Of a stretch of DNA of 64,000 nucleotides, positions 35,680 to 50,482 are shown one piece after another. This DNA is from Nemertoderma westbladi. Lineage: Eukaryota > Animalia > Xenacoelomorpha. Made by a program: the position numbers and the translations under genes. Positions within the stretch are counted from its first letter, which is position 1. Each line of letters opens with the position of its first letter. The notes below the pieces were generated by a model. That model ran no database searches and had not been told where the DNA came from. It was given only the letters and a program-made list of their open reading frames with translations. Location of the stretch: NCBI GenBank assembly GCA_032718475.1, contig JAUCBJ010007887.1:1-64000 (forward strand). Reading direction: 5' to 3'.

Positions 35680-38600
35680 TTACGTTGGGGAGTCCCTGGA
35701 TGTTGGTTGGATTAGGGAGGTGGTCGTGGGAAGAGTATCTTGCCTTCCATAGTTTCCGTAGAGTTCTCTGTCTCTTTCTAGTAAACATAAATGACCAACT
35801 GGGCGATTGAGTTGTGTTTCGAACACAATTCCAGGTTTCTTAAAGTTACGTCGCATGACGATGAGTTCTACCGATCGCACCAAACCATCATCTGAGATAT
35901 GAGTCTCGATGATACGACCTGTCTGCCACCGCTTACGTGGAAGATCTGATTCCACAATAAGGACCATGTCTCTGGCGCTGACGTTTTCTTGCTGCGCAAA
36001 CCACTTAGTTCGAAGTTGTAGCATAGGCAGATAATGTTTTTCGAAATGGTCAGCGAAACGACGGGATAACAACTGCATAAGTTGCCAAGTTTGCCGGCAG
36101 TATTCGTCTCCGTCCGTGATTTCAGATCGTGGGAGCATGTCTACAGGTTTCTCCAGTAGGAAGTGTGCGGGTGTTAGTGCTTCCAGGGAATCGGGACTCG
36201 ATGAGACTGGCATAAGCGGTCTCTCGTTGAGATAGGCAGCGATTTCCTCCATTAACGTCCGCAAAAGTTCGTCGGTGAGATACGCGCGGCACGGCACTAT
36301 AAAGCGAAATGCGGTTTTCACGCTCCTGATTAATCTCTCCCAACCTCCTCCCCACCAAGGGGCGTCGGCGGCGTTGAAGGTCCAGCTAGAAGCTGTTACC
36401 CTTAGCTGATCGTCCACCTGTCTTTGGTTCCAATCCTTGACGTAAGCCTTGATTTCATTGTTGTTCGTTCCCTTATCAGATCTCATCGTGTTACTAGTTC
36501 CAAAGCGAGCGATCTGTCGGCGTAACCTCAGTATGAAGCTGTTGGTAGATAGATCGTTCACCATATCGAGATGGATAGCTCTACAAGTCATACAGACAAA
36601 GATGACACACCATCTCTTGACTATAGTCCTAGCACGATATACTTCAATAGGGCCAAATAAATCCACACCGGTATTTGTGAAGGGTGGTTCATAGAAGCTT
36701 ACTCGTTCCCTAGGTAATTCTGCCTCTCGCTGTGTTAAAGGCCTACTGAATGCTTTCCTGCAGGGTATACAGTTCCTAAGAACTTGGTTCAGAGCTCTAT
36801 GGGGTTTATGAAAATAATAGCGAGTTCGAATTTTGCTAAGAACTCGTTCTCTACCAGCATGGTAAAGCTTACTGTGAACATCTACAATCATCTTGATTTG
36901 TATTTCAAGATTTCTAATGAGTATGGGAAACTTAGTGTCAAAGGATAATGGAGCATTAGTTAGTCTTCCTCCAACGCGTATTAACCCATCTATCATTGTG
37001 CTTAGAGAAAAGATCCCTTAAGCGCATCTGTGGATTTCTCAACAACAGGAAATACTTATCGGAATTCTCATAGCATTGCAGGAGTCTCAGTATCTGCTTA
37101 TTGGTTTCTTCATGCTCCTGGTAACCGATCCTATCCTTCAGAAATCTGTCTGATATCTTGTATTTGGGAAGATCTTTAACAACATGGACCTGCGCAGATG
37201 TCAGTGGAGCGGTATCACTAGCGATCTTCGTCCTGGAGTAGTGATGATGAAAACATCGCTTTAAATAAGCAATGGCCTTACAAAGCCGATTCCAGGAGCT
37301 ATAGTGATGTATCGCTCTCTGCAGGAGGGGTGAGAGTCCCTGCGAGACGTCTGGTGTTGCAGATTTCCAATCTCTCTCTCTGATTTCCACAACAGACTTA
37401 TTTGTGGTGGGGGATTTTGGATCCAAAGCGTCGTCTCCGGAAATGTGTAGTACAGACAGATCTATCACGGGTTTAAATAACTTCGATTTACTCGTTAGGT
37501 CTAGTCTTTAGGTTTGACTTTCTCCGCTCCCTTGGCTTGTCTAATCTCCGCCGTGGTAAGATGAGGAGGCCATTCATCCTCTTCCTTGCTTAGGAAGTCG
37601 GGTCCACCTAACCAGTCTGGAGTATCTATCAGTTCTTGTGGAGTTGCTCCCCTGGAGGCGATGTCGGCTGGATTAATCATCCCAGGGCAATGTCTCCATT
37701 GATCTATCTTCATGCGACTAAGTATAATGGCTACTCTGTTGGTAACGAAGACGCTGAACTGACAGACTTCATTGGTTATATACTCCAACACGAGTAAAGC
37801 ATCGGTCCAATAGACAGTTTTCTCCAGTGGATAGTCGATCTGTTCTGTTACATTCCGGCCGATGGCTGTAGCGTATATAGCCGCTTTTAACTCCGCTCGA
37901 GGAACTTTCAACTTGTTGTTTACCAAGGCCTTAGAGGTAACCAAGGCGACCTTAATTCCATCCGGAGTTTCAACCCTCAGGTAGGCTACTATACCTATTC
38001 CCATGTCGCTGGCGTCTCCAAACACATAGAGTTGATAGGAATACGTGGGGAGAACGTGACCAAAATAAGAACGGGAAATCGTAAAATTCTCGATGGATGG
38101 TAGAGAATCTTCCCATTTCATCCACTTCTTTAATAGTTCTCCCTTAAGTGGATCGTCCCATGAGTGGTTTTCAAGCCACATTTGTTGTACTAAACTCCGA
38201 GCAATCAATATAACTGGGCTAATAAATCCCAATGGATCGAAATAAGTGCTCAGGATACTTAGACAAATCCGTTTAGTTCGAATTGGGTTATCTCGCTGTT
38301 TTAGCTGGAAAAACAGGATATCTCTCTCCGTGTCCCATTTCAAACCAAGCGTCTTGGTTTCTGGAAGATCGTCCTTGATAAGGTCTAGATCTTTAACTCC
38401 TCGGTCTTCTACCGGGATCGATTCCAGAAATTCACGGGAGTTACTGGTGAATTTAGTTAATCGAAATCCACCTCTTTTCAAGCACTCTACCGTTCCCTTG
38501 GCGACATCAATGGCTTCTTCCACCGATGGGAGGGACTTTAAATTGTCGTCCATATCCATGTATATATCCCATTTGATGTTGTCGATAACCTCTTTGGAGA

Positions 38601-41600
38601 AGGCGTCCTGGTTGTCATCAGCAGTGGTGCGCACTACTGAGCAGGCATTTGAAGGGCTCGAGATGATCCCAAAAGCCTGGATGGTCATCTAGTACTCCAC
38701 CGGTTTCTGGTTGAGGTCTCCTTCAGGCCACCACAGAAATCGTAGGCTGTCCCGATCCCTATCCAGCGCCTTAACTTGTAAGAACATTCCTTCTATATCA
38801 GAGGCGAAAGCGATCGAATATTGTCGTAATCTTAAAAGTATTCCCAACAAGGATTGGAGTAAGTTGGGTCCCGGCAACAACTCGGAGTTAAGGGATTGGC
38901 CCATGTAGAGGGTGGAGCCGTCAAATACTACCCGGACTTCGTTGGGTTTACCGGGTTTGGGAACGTAATGATGTGTTAAATAGTACGTTCTCTCAGTTAT
39001 GGGTGTTTCTTCCGGTACTCGCTCCGCATATCCCTTGTCAATGAATTTCTTCAGCTGGGTCTTGTACATCTCTTTAGCTGAAGCATTTGCCGTAAGGCAT
39101 CGATGTAGTTGCGCAATTCTCTTCTCCGCCAAGGGTCTGTTGTTTATAAAATTGGGTTCTCGCCGTCGGAAAGGCAGACCAATCTCATACCTACCTTGAT
39201 CTTTAAGAAAACGTGTAGTCGTTTCCTGTATCTGCTTGGCTCTTTCCTCTTCTACCGATAGGGCCTTATCGTAGGAATTGGGCTCTGCAGCCTCTTGAGT
39301 AAAGAATCGTACGGCGTGTTCATCGCGAGTCTTCGTGTTGTAACGATCTATCACTTCATTCAGTTCGTCGTTGTAATCGACTTGTCCCGCTGGATGGATG
39401 AGGTGACACAGGTTCACTTGGTTTCGCCAAGTTTCATTTTCCATAAGGAGGTCGATGGTATTCTCCTCGTCGAATAGTTGATGAATATCGTCATTATCTG
39501 AGGAGTATGGTGTTCCCTCAGGTGTGTCGTCTCCCTCACTGATTTCCTCTTCCCATTCACTCACCTAGTAGACTTGATCTTTAGGTAGCCTTTCCATGAG
39601 TGACCTACGGGAAGGTCCAGTAAAGTACCAACCTACTCTAGTTCTTCCCGGATAGGTTTGCAATGGTTGCGGTTGAGCAGGCCGTTTCTCTAATGTCTCA
39701 AGCACCTCATGCGCATTTTGGCCGATGAGTATTTGTACCCCTGGGTAGTCGGTGTTGAATCTAGGTATCTCATGTTGCTGGGTGAAATCGTCTTCATCCC
39801 AGTTATAAGGTTCCACTTGGCTGGTAGCGAAGTTCTTTATCGCCACCATTTTTACTGACCTTATACTGTGTTCTCCTAGTTCATCCTGGGGGGTGGACAA
39901 CGCGCCTACATAGTAGTCTGTAGCTACTGTAGATTTCCAAACCTGCATAATTCCTGAAAGGTTCAACTTAGTTCGGAACTTGGGTTGTCCAGCAAAGATG
40001 TCTTTGGCTAGTTCTTTGTCGATGAATGTTCCTGTGCTGCCGGAGTCAAGGAGGGCGTTCACTATATAGCTCCTTTTTAACCCGTGGACTCTCAACTGAA
40101 CTACGGGAAATTCTCGGATTCCTACGTTGGAAGTTGGCGCTTTCCAAGATGGTTGTCAGTCAGGAATAGTTAGGGGGAGCTCACTATCGGTTTCAGTCTC
40201 ATACGTAAGTGCTCGATACACTGCGGTGTTTATTAGATAACAGGATTCGTTTTCGTCGGAGAATTCATCCGTGTAGAATCCTTCCATTTCAGAACTGTGA
40301 TCAGTGTCGTTCACATCACTGAATTGGACATGTAGTTCGGACTCACTTACCTGACTCGGGCTGTTTCTTTCGAATTCGGTGTGCAATAAGATATGATGTT
40401 TCACGCCGCACTTAGCACACCTTGCGTCGGAGTAACAGGTTCGCCGTTGGTGTCCTTGTCTGAGACAATTATAACACAACCGCTTATCCCATATGACTTC
40501 GCGTCTATCTTTTAGGGATTTCTTTAAGAATTCCTCACACACACTTAAACGGTGGGGCCCGTCGCACAACGCACATTTTGGTTTGATGTTACTTACTTTA
40601 CCTTGGGTAGTGTTGTGCACACTCGTTCTTTCCTTGGGCTTTCTTCCATGAACTCTTTTAGGAGACGTAGGAGGAGTTTTTGTTACATGTTCTCTCCTGT
40701 CACTGGTTCGAGACTTAAATTTACTTACGTCTTTGGGTGCCTTGTTGACATAGTAAGATCTTTCGGTGTCTTTCCCGCTGTTCTCCTCTTGAGAGGTTTG
40801 GCTTTCGCCGTCATCTGTATAACACACTGGGGTGACCTTTCTCCTAGAAACGGGTTTTTCAATTACCTTATTTTCCGGTGTCTTCTCTCGGGACTGCTTT
40901 AGGAGCTGTAATCTTACTTCTCCATTTAAGAATGACATGAGATCAGCCATGGTAGGGTCTCTTTGTTGCTGATCCATCATATAGAGCACTTTCTTGTCCC
41001 AGCGAGTACCTACTCTACCCTTTGGCAAAGTAGATGCTACGGCTCCAATAACCATGGAACTCTGATATTCATGAGATTTACCTAACCAGTCTAGTTATCT
41101 ACAGATCTCCTGAATCTCATCGGAAAACTCTATAATCCCGCTGCTAAGGAACTTTTGGGGCGCTACCAATTTTGCATACAAATACCTAGCTATGTTTGAC
41201 CTATTACCATACCTGATGTTTAGTGTATCCCAAACTTGTCTTAATCCATATGGATGTCCAATAAACTTTAACGCCATTAACTTGGAAGTCCTTCCAAACA
41301 CTCGATGAGGAATCTAAGTTTCTCTCCGTTAGATAGTACAGAGTTCTGTACGTTATCTTTGTAATATTCATTAAAAGGTAACCATTTCATCTCATCTCCA
41401 TTGAACTTGACGATCTCTCCCACTTTTACCGCTTGACAGTCTTCGGTTCTAGCCATTTGACGCGTAAAACTTTCTTGGGCCATCATGTTATTTAATATCG
41501 AGTTATCGGTATATAAATTTCTCAGATTATGATCAGGTCTATATGGAATATCATTGTCAACAGGTTTATAATTACCCTTAATAGGGTTTACTATAGGAGT

Positions 41601-43766
41601 TTCTACTTCACTAGCAGTATAGATGCGTGTAGGCTCCACACCTTGCGCATGAAATACTTCAGACCTAACAGGTTGACACATTGTTACAGGGGGTAGTGGT
41701 ATACCCTTTTGTATATTTACTAATTTATCGCCTTCTAACGCGATACTCTGCTGCACTTCTTTCAACTCTAACCTACTTTCCCTTACTGTTCCCTTGAACT
41801 GTTGAACAGTCTCCTGCATCTGCCCGAGCAGGAGATCCATCCCCCGCCGTCCCTCATCCACCCACTCGACCGCAGAAGCGGGAGCCGCCAACATAGTAGC
41901 GGGTAGACGAGGGACAACGGGCGATAAATCGTTGATATCTCGCTCGGCGTCCAGGACAGGAATTGTCTCAGGGGCTGTTCTACTGGGTACAGGTAGTTTA
42001 GTTCTGTGCAAAGGGAATTTAGAGTTGGGTTCTGGAAGTACAGGGGTCTCTATCACAGAGGGGGTGGCTTCGAGAACAGGCCTAATTATTTCAGGCTCAT
42101 CTACTATAGTAGGGAGTCTTTTTACTCTAATAATTTGGTCTATGGGTTCTGTACTACCTAAGTCTGTGCTAGCTAGTTGCCTTCTCACAGCTGGGGGCAA
42201 ATTAGGCAATTTCTGACGGTGGGGCGTTCTTCTACGCCTGCTGGGACGACATCTATTTCCTCCGCCTTCAGGATCTGTTGTATCGCCTTCATCAGATGAT
42301 GTAAATCCCTGTCTCTTGGGAGTAGATCGACTTATCATTGAGTCACTGACTAGCTGTTCTCTGTTTATCTATGTAGTCTTGCTTCTCTTGAAGATTTTCC
42401 AACTCTAGTTGGGTGGTCTCTTCAGACACCCTCCGTTCTGCTTCTGCCACTGCTACCTTTCTTTCCGCTTCTGCTGCTTTTCTTTCCGCTTCTGCCGCTG
42501 CCACTGCCGCATTTCTTTCCACTTCTGCCGCTTTTCTTTCCGCTTCTGCCGCTTTTCTTTCAGCCTCTGCCTCTGCCTCTGCCGCTGCTGTTGCTGCTGT
42601 CTTTCTGTCTTCTATACGTTTTTTCTTTACCTGTTCTTCTTGGACCCTAGCGATGCGGATGCTTTCATCAAATTTAGCTTGGTTCGCAGCTAACATTTCC
42701 GCATCTAATGCGTCCAACACAAACTTGGCTCCTTCACTATTAGGGCGAAGTCCAGCCAGCCGTCTCCTCAACTCTTCGTCACCTATAAATCGTTGATAGT
42801 CTGACAGATAGATGTCAATGGCATCCTTCTTCTGAGGTTTCTCTGATGTCGCTTCGCTTTCCACTTGAGAAAAGGTAGCGTCTGTTGAGTCTCCGTGGGT
42901 TGAGCGCTCAGTTAGCTGAATTTTCCATTGTGATGTTCCTTGGGCTTTAAGACTCACTCATTGGAACCAAGTTTTTACGTCAACTTGCAACGACGTGTCT
43001 TGGCTTCTCTTCGAAGCTTCCTCAAAGGCAGAAAGGATCAGTCTGATTCTTAGGATTCGTTCTCGAACTTGATAAAGCAGCTCTCCCTGCTCTTGCGGTC
43101 CTTGGGGTTGTTGAAACAGTTGTTCCTCTAATCGCTCCAAAGAGCTGAAGAATCCCTGTACATATCCTGCTGCCGACCTCTTCCACACAGCTGGATCTCT
43201 TGTGTCTTTTGTCACTCCCATCCTGTATAAGTCCTCCCAGGCAGCTTCTGATAAGTTAAACGGGAGTCCGGGTCCGGGGAAGTTCCATTGCGTCTCGACA
43301 ATAGATTTCAGTTCCTCCTTCGTGTATCCCGCATAACTGTCCTTGGTCGATCGCTTACTTCTCGCCCAATCAATTTGATGTTCCTCCACCGCAATCAATA
43401 CTCTAGTGAGTACGGCTTCAGGAACAATGAGAAGTGGATCCGAATAAACTGCATCTGCCATCTTTGCTCTGCGCTCGGGTGTCAACTCTACAGTATCTGA
43501 ACTACTGGAGCTATCGGTCCGCTGAGAAATAAGTTCTCGGCTCGGGTGTTGCTGTTGTTTAACAGCTGCCTCTTGGTCCCGCTTGACTTGAGCCCGAGTG
43601 CCTATGATAGATCTACGGTATTTGACTAGCCTAGGGTCGGATACTACTACTGGAGGGATAACCTTTCTTACAGTAGGAGGGGACTTGAACCTTGGTTCCG
43701 CGCTCCTATCTAAATCACAGATTGTCGTTTCTAGAAGACTATCTGACAGATTTTGCTTTGTGTCAT
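35680..43766 (-). pseudogene. BEL/Pao gag-pol of element C, many stops/frameshifts, very long gag N-terminus
   Basis: KFNGDEMKW, CALC..H..C/CYNC..H..C/CAKC..HH, protease LDSGS, RT DIEGMF/FG..SSP/MDD, RH FGDAS, NPADIASRG, IN GVDLFGP/SDKG/WERL. Confidence 0.95.
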
Positions 43767-46700
43767 GTTTGTTTGTACAGTTGAATGCCTACTACTATAA
43801 CTACAGTTAAAGCAAGTCTAGTAATTCAGTATCAACTATAAGCTTAGTAATTAATTACCGATACCGTTACTCAGTGTAACGTGTTATATACAATATATTA
43901 GAATACCGGTATACACTTATAGTATATAATATAAGTATTATTACAGACTAGGGTTCGTCACAGAATATCGGTATATAATTTCAGCGCAAATATATATAAA
44001 TATATAATAAGCCTACTGTGAATACCAGTATACAGCTTACACTTATAGTATATATAAGTATAATTATAGACTAAAATTAATTACAGAATACCGGTATATA
44101 ATTTCAGCATAAATTTATAGAAATAAATATAATAAGCCTATCGTAAATACCGGTATGTCAATTATTTTATAATAACTGAATTTCTGAATTTTAGGGTTAC
44201 TTTTCTTTACTTTGTTACTGTTATTAAGCAGTAGTCCAACTGATATTAAGACCTAATTGATGTATGACAGGCCTACTATTTTATAAATCGGTTTGAGTTG
44301 ATTTATAATATATATATACCCTTATAATGGGTTTTTTGACAATATTTGAAATAAATGTTATTATTTCTGATAAGGAGTCACTACACAGAAGCTGTACGCT
44401 CTCAGTGAAGTGCTACTTGTTGGACACTAAAACAAATAATTCTAATTTGCTAAGTTACTTATTACTACAAATTACGTATAATTACAGGGTGAGATTAAAA
44501 TCTCTAAATAAACACAAAAAAATTACATGTACAAATTTTAGGGTAATTTTACAGGAAATCTACAAACCAGCCTAACAAGGGGTTAGAAATTTCTGGTTAT
44601 TACAAACAGACAGGAAACTACGGTATTTGAAAATAATAAAGCAGTAGTGAATATATTGCGTTGTCTAGATAAGAAAATACTACCGTCTGACGACTTATAG
44701 TCTCTAGCTTTACAGCTCTATAAGTACTACATTATGTACCCGGAATGTCCCTACCTAGAAGTTAATTACTGCAGCCAACCAGAGCTAACGTGCCTATTAA
44801 CCACTTTACAACACAAATATACTGCCTATATACTAATTACCTTCGGAAAGCACTGTACACTAAACCCTAAATTAGGTACAAGTACTTATACAACAAATAA
44901 CCAGCAGTTAAAAATACTTGTACAGCTAAAAGAACCGCGGTATCTGCTGGAGTGACTAGAGCATAAAATCACCAGTTTTTACCTACGCCAAACAGCCCTG
45001 ATGTAGTACCGGGGTTAATTTAACTATAACGGTATGTATAACAAGCACAATTACTGTAGGAATAAACTTGGGGTTGTGTATGTTGCGAATAATCGCATAT
45101 ACTCTGAATAATAAATATTACGCTACCCGTACAGACTACACAAACAAAATACAAACCAAATGCTGACAGACTACTATCAAGCCTAAATAAACTACAGTAT
45201 ATGCAGACTCCGAAATGGTTAGTTAGCATGCGTTCTAACCGAGTAGTATGACTTATTCTTTCGGAGGGGATTTACCTTACAACACTGGATGCCCCCACCT
45301 TCCTAACTAGTATTTTATCGGACATACACTCTACACACACTGCAATCTCTTCGGACCTGACAACAGCCAGACAACAATCCAGCCTACAAATTATTTGTAC
45401 AATTTGAGCGGGCTTACACGCCTTCTGCTCAATATAAACTTACAGATAAATAAAACTGATAGAAATAAATAAGCTCCAAAAGAAACAAGGGGTGTACCTG
45501 TACAGTCCCTAATCTCTTAAACAGCCTACCAATGTACAATATCACAATCGAAATAATGCTAGTACCTGTACTGCTGTAAGTACCAGTTTGGGTAGTTAGG
45601 TAGTTAGGCCTACAGGTTACCGGTCGACCGGTACATTCGACTTTATTGCCTACGTTGCAATAAAGAAACTAGAATAATTGTTATTGTTCGCGCTTTTAGA
45701 CTTTTAGCAGTTTAACCCGCCAATTTTAGGTGTCTTCTAGTTTATAAATCGACTTTAGCCTATAACAAGTATTTGTTGCATATAAAGTTACATTAGCCGA
45801 AGCCAGCCTATGCGCGACCATTCACCCACAGTTAAGGGAGACTGGATTCGGAGGCTCTGACCTTATTGCGGTGTAGACTTACTGTACTGTATTATTCGAT
45901 TGCTCGTTACTATAATATCTCTGACAAATATTATTTACTTTCGGGAAATATTAACAGTTCCTTTAGGACGTGGCGCTCTAAGTATGTAAACAGAGTTATG
46001 ACTTACACTAAACACAATGGGATGGCTAATGATTTTTGTATAAAGTGCATGTACGCGCTTTTGAAGACCTTTAGCAGTTTAACCTGCCAAAATTTATATG
46101 TCTTTTGGTTTATAAATATACTTTAGAAGATGACAAATATTTAATACCAATAAACACAACATTAGCAGAAGCCAGCCTAGTGCGCGTCCATTCACCCGCT
46201 GGATAATCCCGGGAGACTGGATTCTGAGGGCTTAAATTATTATTGCAGTGAAGCTTACGGTATTGTATTATTCGATTGATCGTTAATAATTAATTTCTGA
46301 CTAATATTATTTACTTTCGGGAAATATTAACAGTTCCTTTAGGACGTGGCGCTCTATCTAGGTAAACAGAGATATGACTTACACTAATCACAACGGTAAG
46401 TCGGTAAGGCTTATTATTCACGTATGAGGCGCATTCTTTAGGAAATGCTTAGTTATCAATCACAATCATGCACACTACCGGTAACACACAATACTGCCCA
46501 CTAATTTGCCGACCGCCAATGATTTTTATCATATATAAAGAGAACAGCAACGGACCAATGTAGTGCTTATCAAATAGCATTAAATTCACTACAAACCACA
46601 ACAATATAAGTCGCAATCGCTATATATAACCCGTCTCTCTAACCTGTAGTGTATCAAGAAAATTCGGAAATTTGGGTTCTTTATATATGTTCTCCAAATA

Positions 46701-47404
46701 ATGTTCAACCAAACACGATAGTAAACAGCAGTATAATAATGTATATTGAACCGATAATACAAGAATAGAAACAAGTTGATATAAATTAATATATGATGTG
46801 TTATGATATAGACTGATAACAGTCATACGCTCTATAATTTAAGCCTACTAATGTTTCTTCTAAAAGTATGAAACGAATTGACTCTAGAGCCGTTGTTCCT
46901 GGCCTAGACAGCAATAACAACAAAGTATCCAGAAAAAACTGTAAGACTGAACACACTCCTTATGATCGACCGAAAAGCTACACGTCGACAGGAAAAATCG
47001 CTCTGATTGGTTCAAGCCAAACAAAGAACCATGCGTCCAATGGCTGTTTCCATGTCAGCAACCAGCTGTTAGATGTCGTAATATGAATCATCACGGCTAA
47101 GCTATGAAAGGTATTTATCGCATTGCAGGTTTTTTGTCTTACCATGTCCGCTAAAACACGTATATAGCAGAATGATTTTTATGTCCGTTAAAACACCTGT
47201 AACGGTACCTTGAGGGCGAGGGGAATATTTATACAGTTAGAGAACCCTTTTAGAGTATTCCAGCGCCTGGGGGGAAACTGGATTGCGAAGCAAAGGGGCC
47301 AGTTATATCCCACAGAAGCTTTTACACCGCTCCCAGAAAATGGGATTTAAGTCTATAAAATATACAAAATCACAGTTTCTAATATACGTAAATACTCTAA
47401 ACAG

Positions 47405-48855
47405 TTAGTCTTTCTTGCGCGGACGGCGTTTATGCAGTTTTTTAAAGCTAGCCAGAGTCCTTTTCTCTTTGGGGCGAGCCACTTTACAAGGAGGGCTATA
47501 ACTCCTGGGTGAAGGGTGCAATATGATTGCATCAGAGGGTGTAGGATTATGGTCGGTGTATCCGCCAGTCGAAGTACCGGGTTGATTGACATCAATGTCC
47601 GGGGAGAGGGGTCTAACGGCTTTGAGAGCTCGTTTCAAGACAGCCGCTCTTACGGGTCCTTTACGAGTGGTCTGAACGAGGGCCGTGGGTGGACCATAGG
47701 CAGTTAGAAACCTCCGGGGTTTAATGGTTCTTTCCAACTCGCGTTCGCGGGCTCGGTATTCGTAAGGCCGTCGATGTACTTCCTGTAACTCGGGTGTGAG
47801 TTAACAAACAAGTCTCCATAGTCCGGATCCTGACGGATATAATTGATTAAGTTATAGGAATGAAGGTCGCTAGGATTAACACTCCTGAGAAATTTGCGTA
47901 CGAATTTAGTTGAAATACATTCTCCGACGCGCTTCAGTAGTTCGTAACTCGATATGTGTGATTTCTGTTCGACAGAAGCGAATAGATAAGGATGGAACGC
48001 ATAAATTCCTTCGTAAGCGCGTCCAGGATAATAACGATGGCGCGAATCACAATGTAAATCAGCGCTCGCTTCACAAGCTCTGATGTAACGTAGTGTGATC
48101 ATTTCATCTACGCTTTCCAAGTCGTGATCAAAAGGGCAATCGAAACTGGCGTGTCCCTTTAGTTGACAATGGTGACATTGAGTCATAAATTGAGGGCAAA
48201 CCGCAAAAATGTGCAAGTTATTGAGTCTGCAATACGCGCAATAAATTTCCATCGCCGGTTGTTCGTGGAAATAGGAACAGCGGGCGACGTTTGTGTCCAT
48301 GGGCGTAACATGGTCTCTCGATGCGCATAACCGACAACGTTGCCTAGAAACATAGTTGGCATGTCGATAATCGTACGCAGTGAGACACTGTGGACCTTGA
48401 TACCATTCTATGATGTAGTCGTTGTCGCTGTTCCGGGCACGATAGGCTGAATCTCCTCAGATTCTAGGCATATTGGTTCGTCTTCCCAGTCTGTTACGAA
48501 TATAATTTTCGTGATCTATTCTCGGTTTATCGTTACGACTCCGCTGGGTATGATATTTAAATAGAACCATTTCCCTTTCGGTGTCTACATCGTCCGTATC
48601 ATGTAAATCGATAGGATGGCCGGTAGTTAGGAAGTCCATATACGTACCATTACGATGCATATAGCGAGAGGTGAATTTTCGCTAGTCCAATTCACGCGTA
48701 AGTTGCTCTTGGGACATCGGCGGTTCGATATAACGACCATCGTCCTCCGTAATGGTTGGATCGGTTTCACCGCGTATCAAGCTATCCACAAATGCTGGCA
48801 AAGGTAGAGTATATCGCTCCCTGATACCAAGATCATCTTCTATCAACTCCGTCAT
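47405..48855 (-). pseudogene. Shortened ORF3 of D (N-terminus fused to zinc-knuckle domain; basic C-terminal tail)
   Basis: MTELIEDD start; IRNRL|GRRTNM junction ~48488; CRLCASRDH..C, CAYC..H..C, CHHC..GH..C; ends FKKLHKRRPRKKD. Confidence 0.85.
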
Positions 48856-50482
48856 ACCTGCTATCTGAGTTTATTAATATCGAAATGAGTTTATGTTTAG
48901 GCGAGCGGACGTCGCTGCCTACTTCTATTTGCCCCCGGACAGTGGGATTCTCAGCGCCGATGTACCGTCGTCGCGGTGTTTACGCCAACATGTAGCAACA
49001 TCACGACAACGATAACCGGCACAAGTCACTCCACTGTCCGTCCCAAAGGCTTGAATCCACTTTAGGTTCTTTCTATAGGAGAGTTGGGCTACTTTCACAA
49101 TTGCGACTAGCTACTGTAAACACACCTTAGCAGTAACATTCACCTACAAACGCACAAATTCCACACAACTGTCAACAACTGTACACATACAGGCCATTTG
49201 TCCGTTAGTCAGTGCCTTCCAGAATGTCACGTTATTACTGTGTATCCTTGGATACTAACAGTGTGCTATATTCTCTATGCTATGCAATGGGACAAGCTTT
49301 CTATTGTTCTTTTAACTTGCTTCTAATTCTAGCGTGGGTGTTGCTATGGTGACATTATGGAATGCTAGCGGTAGAATTAGGGTAATTCTCATGCATACAG
49401 ATCTGGGATGCTATTTAATAATAATTCTTTAATTGTCAATATCCTCTTTATGCATGATTTTATTAATTTTATCGGCTATTGACTATATGTTTGAGTTTCT
49501 CGCACTCTAATACACTCAATAGGATGAATCTCCGCTCCCATGATCTATTAATTAATGGAATTTTGGGAATGTTATAAATTGTACAAAATGACAATTTATG
49601 AAATTCATTTAAAATATGAATTTAAATTTATTCCCGTGAATTTTATTATTTGATGTTAAAATTGACACAATTTGATTCCAGAGCAGGTCTGGGGACATAG
49701 GATCCTTAATTCTATGAAATTTGTCTTTTAAGAGTATCGGTAAGTGCTACGATATCTTAATCGACTAGAATTGTTAACGGATCTGAATTTTACAGATTTT
49801 AATAAATATTAAATTAATATTTAAGATGGGCACCGATTTATTCCAGAACTTGTCTGGGGACGTTAACCACTGATTCTAGAATTTGTCTTTCAAGTATATC
49901 GGTGGGTGCCGTGATATCTTAATCGACTAGAATTACAGATGGTCAAAAAGTTTAACAGATTTATTTGCGTTTTACGCTACTGTTAGAGGGACATCACGCT
50001 ACTATATGTATTATTTAATATAAGGTAGGAGAGCAATATCGCACGAAGCAATGTCAGTGTGAAGAGGCAAGTCGTTTCCAAGGTCTACCCAGAGCTTGGT
50101 TTAGCCGAGACACGAGGATCTGAACTTTGCATTCCTAATACTCTGCCTACCAATAATACTTGAATATAGTAGTGGCTTTATTATACTTTACTAAGTACGG
50201 ACATTTCATCTTACTGTAGTCACGTATTTACAATATGATACGGACAGTAAGGAAAGAGAAAAAATAATTATTTCTCGCCGTCGCACTAAATATATTATAA
50301 GTAATTACGTACGTAATAAACACTAATATATTGCACTAACCTACTAAATAATCCCTAAAATAACATTCTACTAAATAAAATTAAAGAAAACGATTATAAT
50401 AAAATTACATAATAATACATACATAAATATAAAATAAAAACAAATATAAAATGATATAGTCACACGCCCACTCCATATGTTA

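Noticed and set aside
42409-42796. Cys/Phe- and Ala/Ser-rich plus-strand ORFs (also 53646-53990)
   Set aside because: Antisense shadows of the gag AEAERKA repeat
45020-45032. TAACTATAACGGT resembling the LSU rRNA/I-CeuI site
   Set aside because: Only a 13-bp match; flanks are not rRNA
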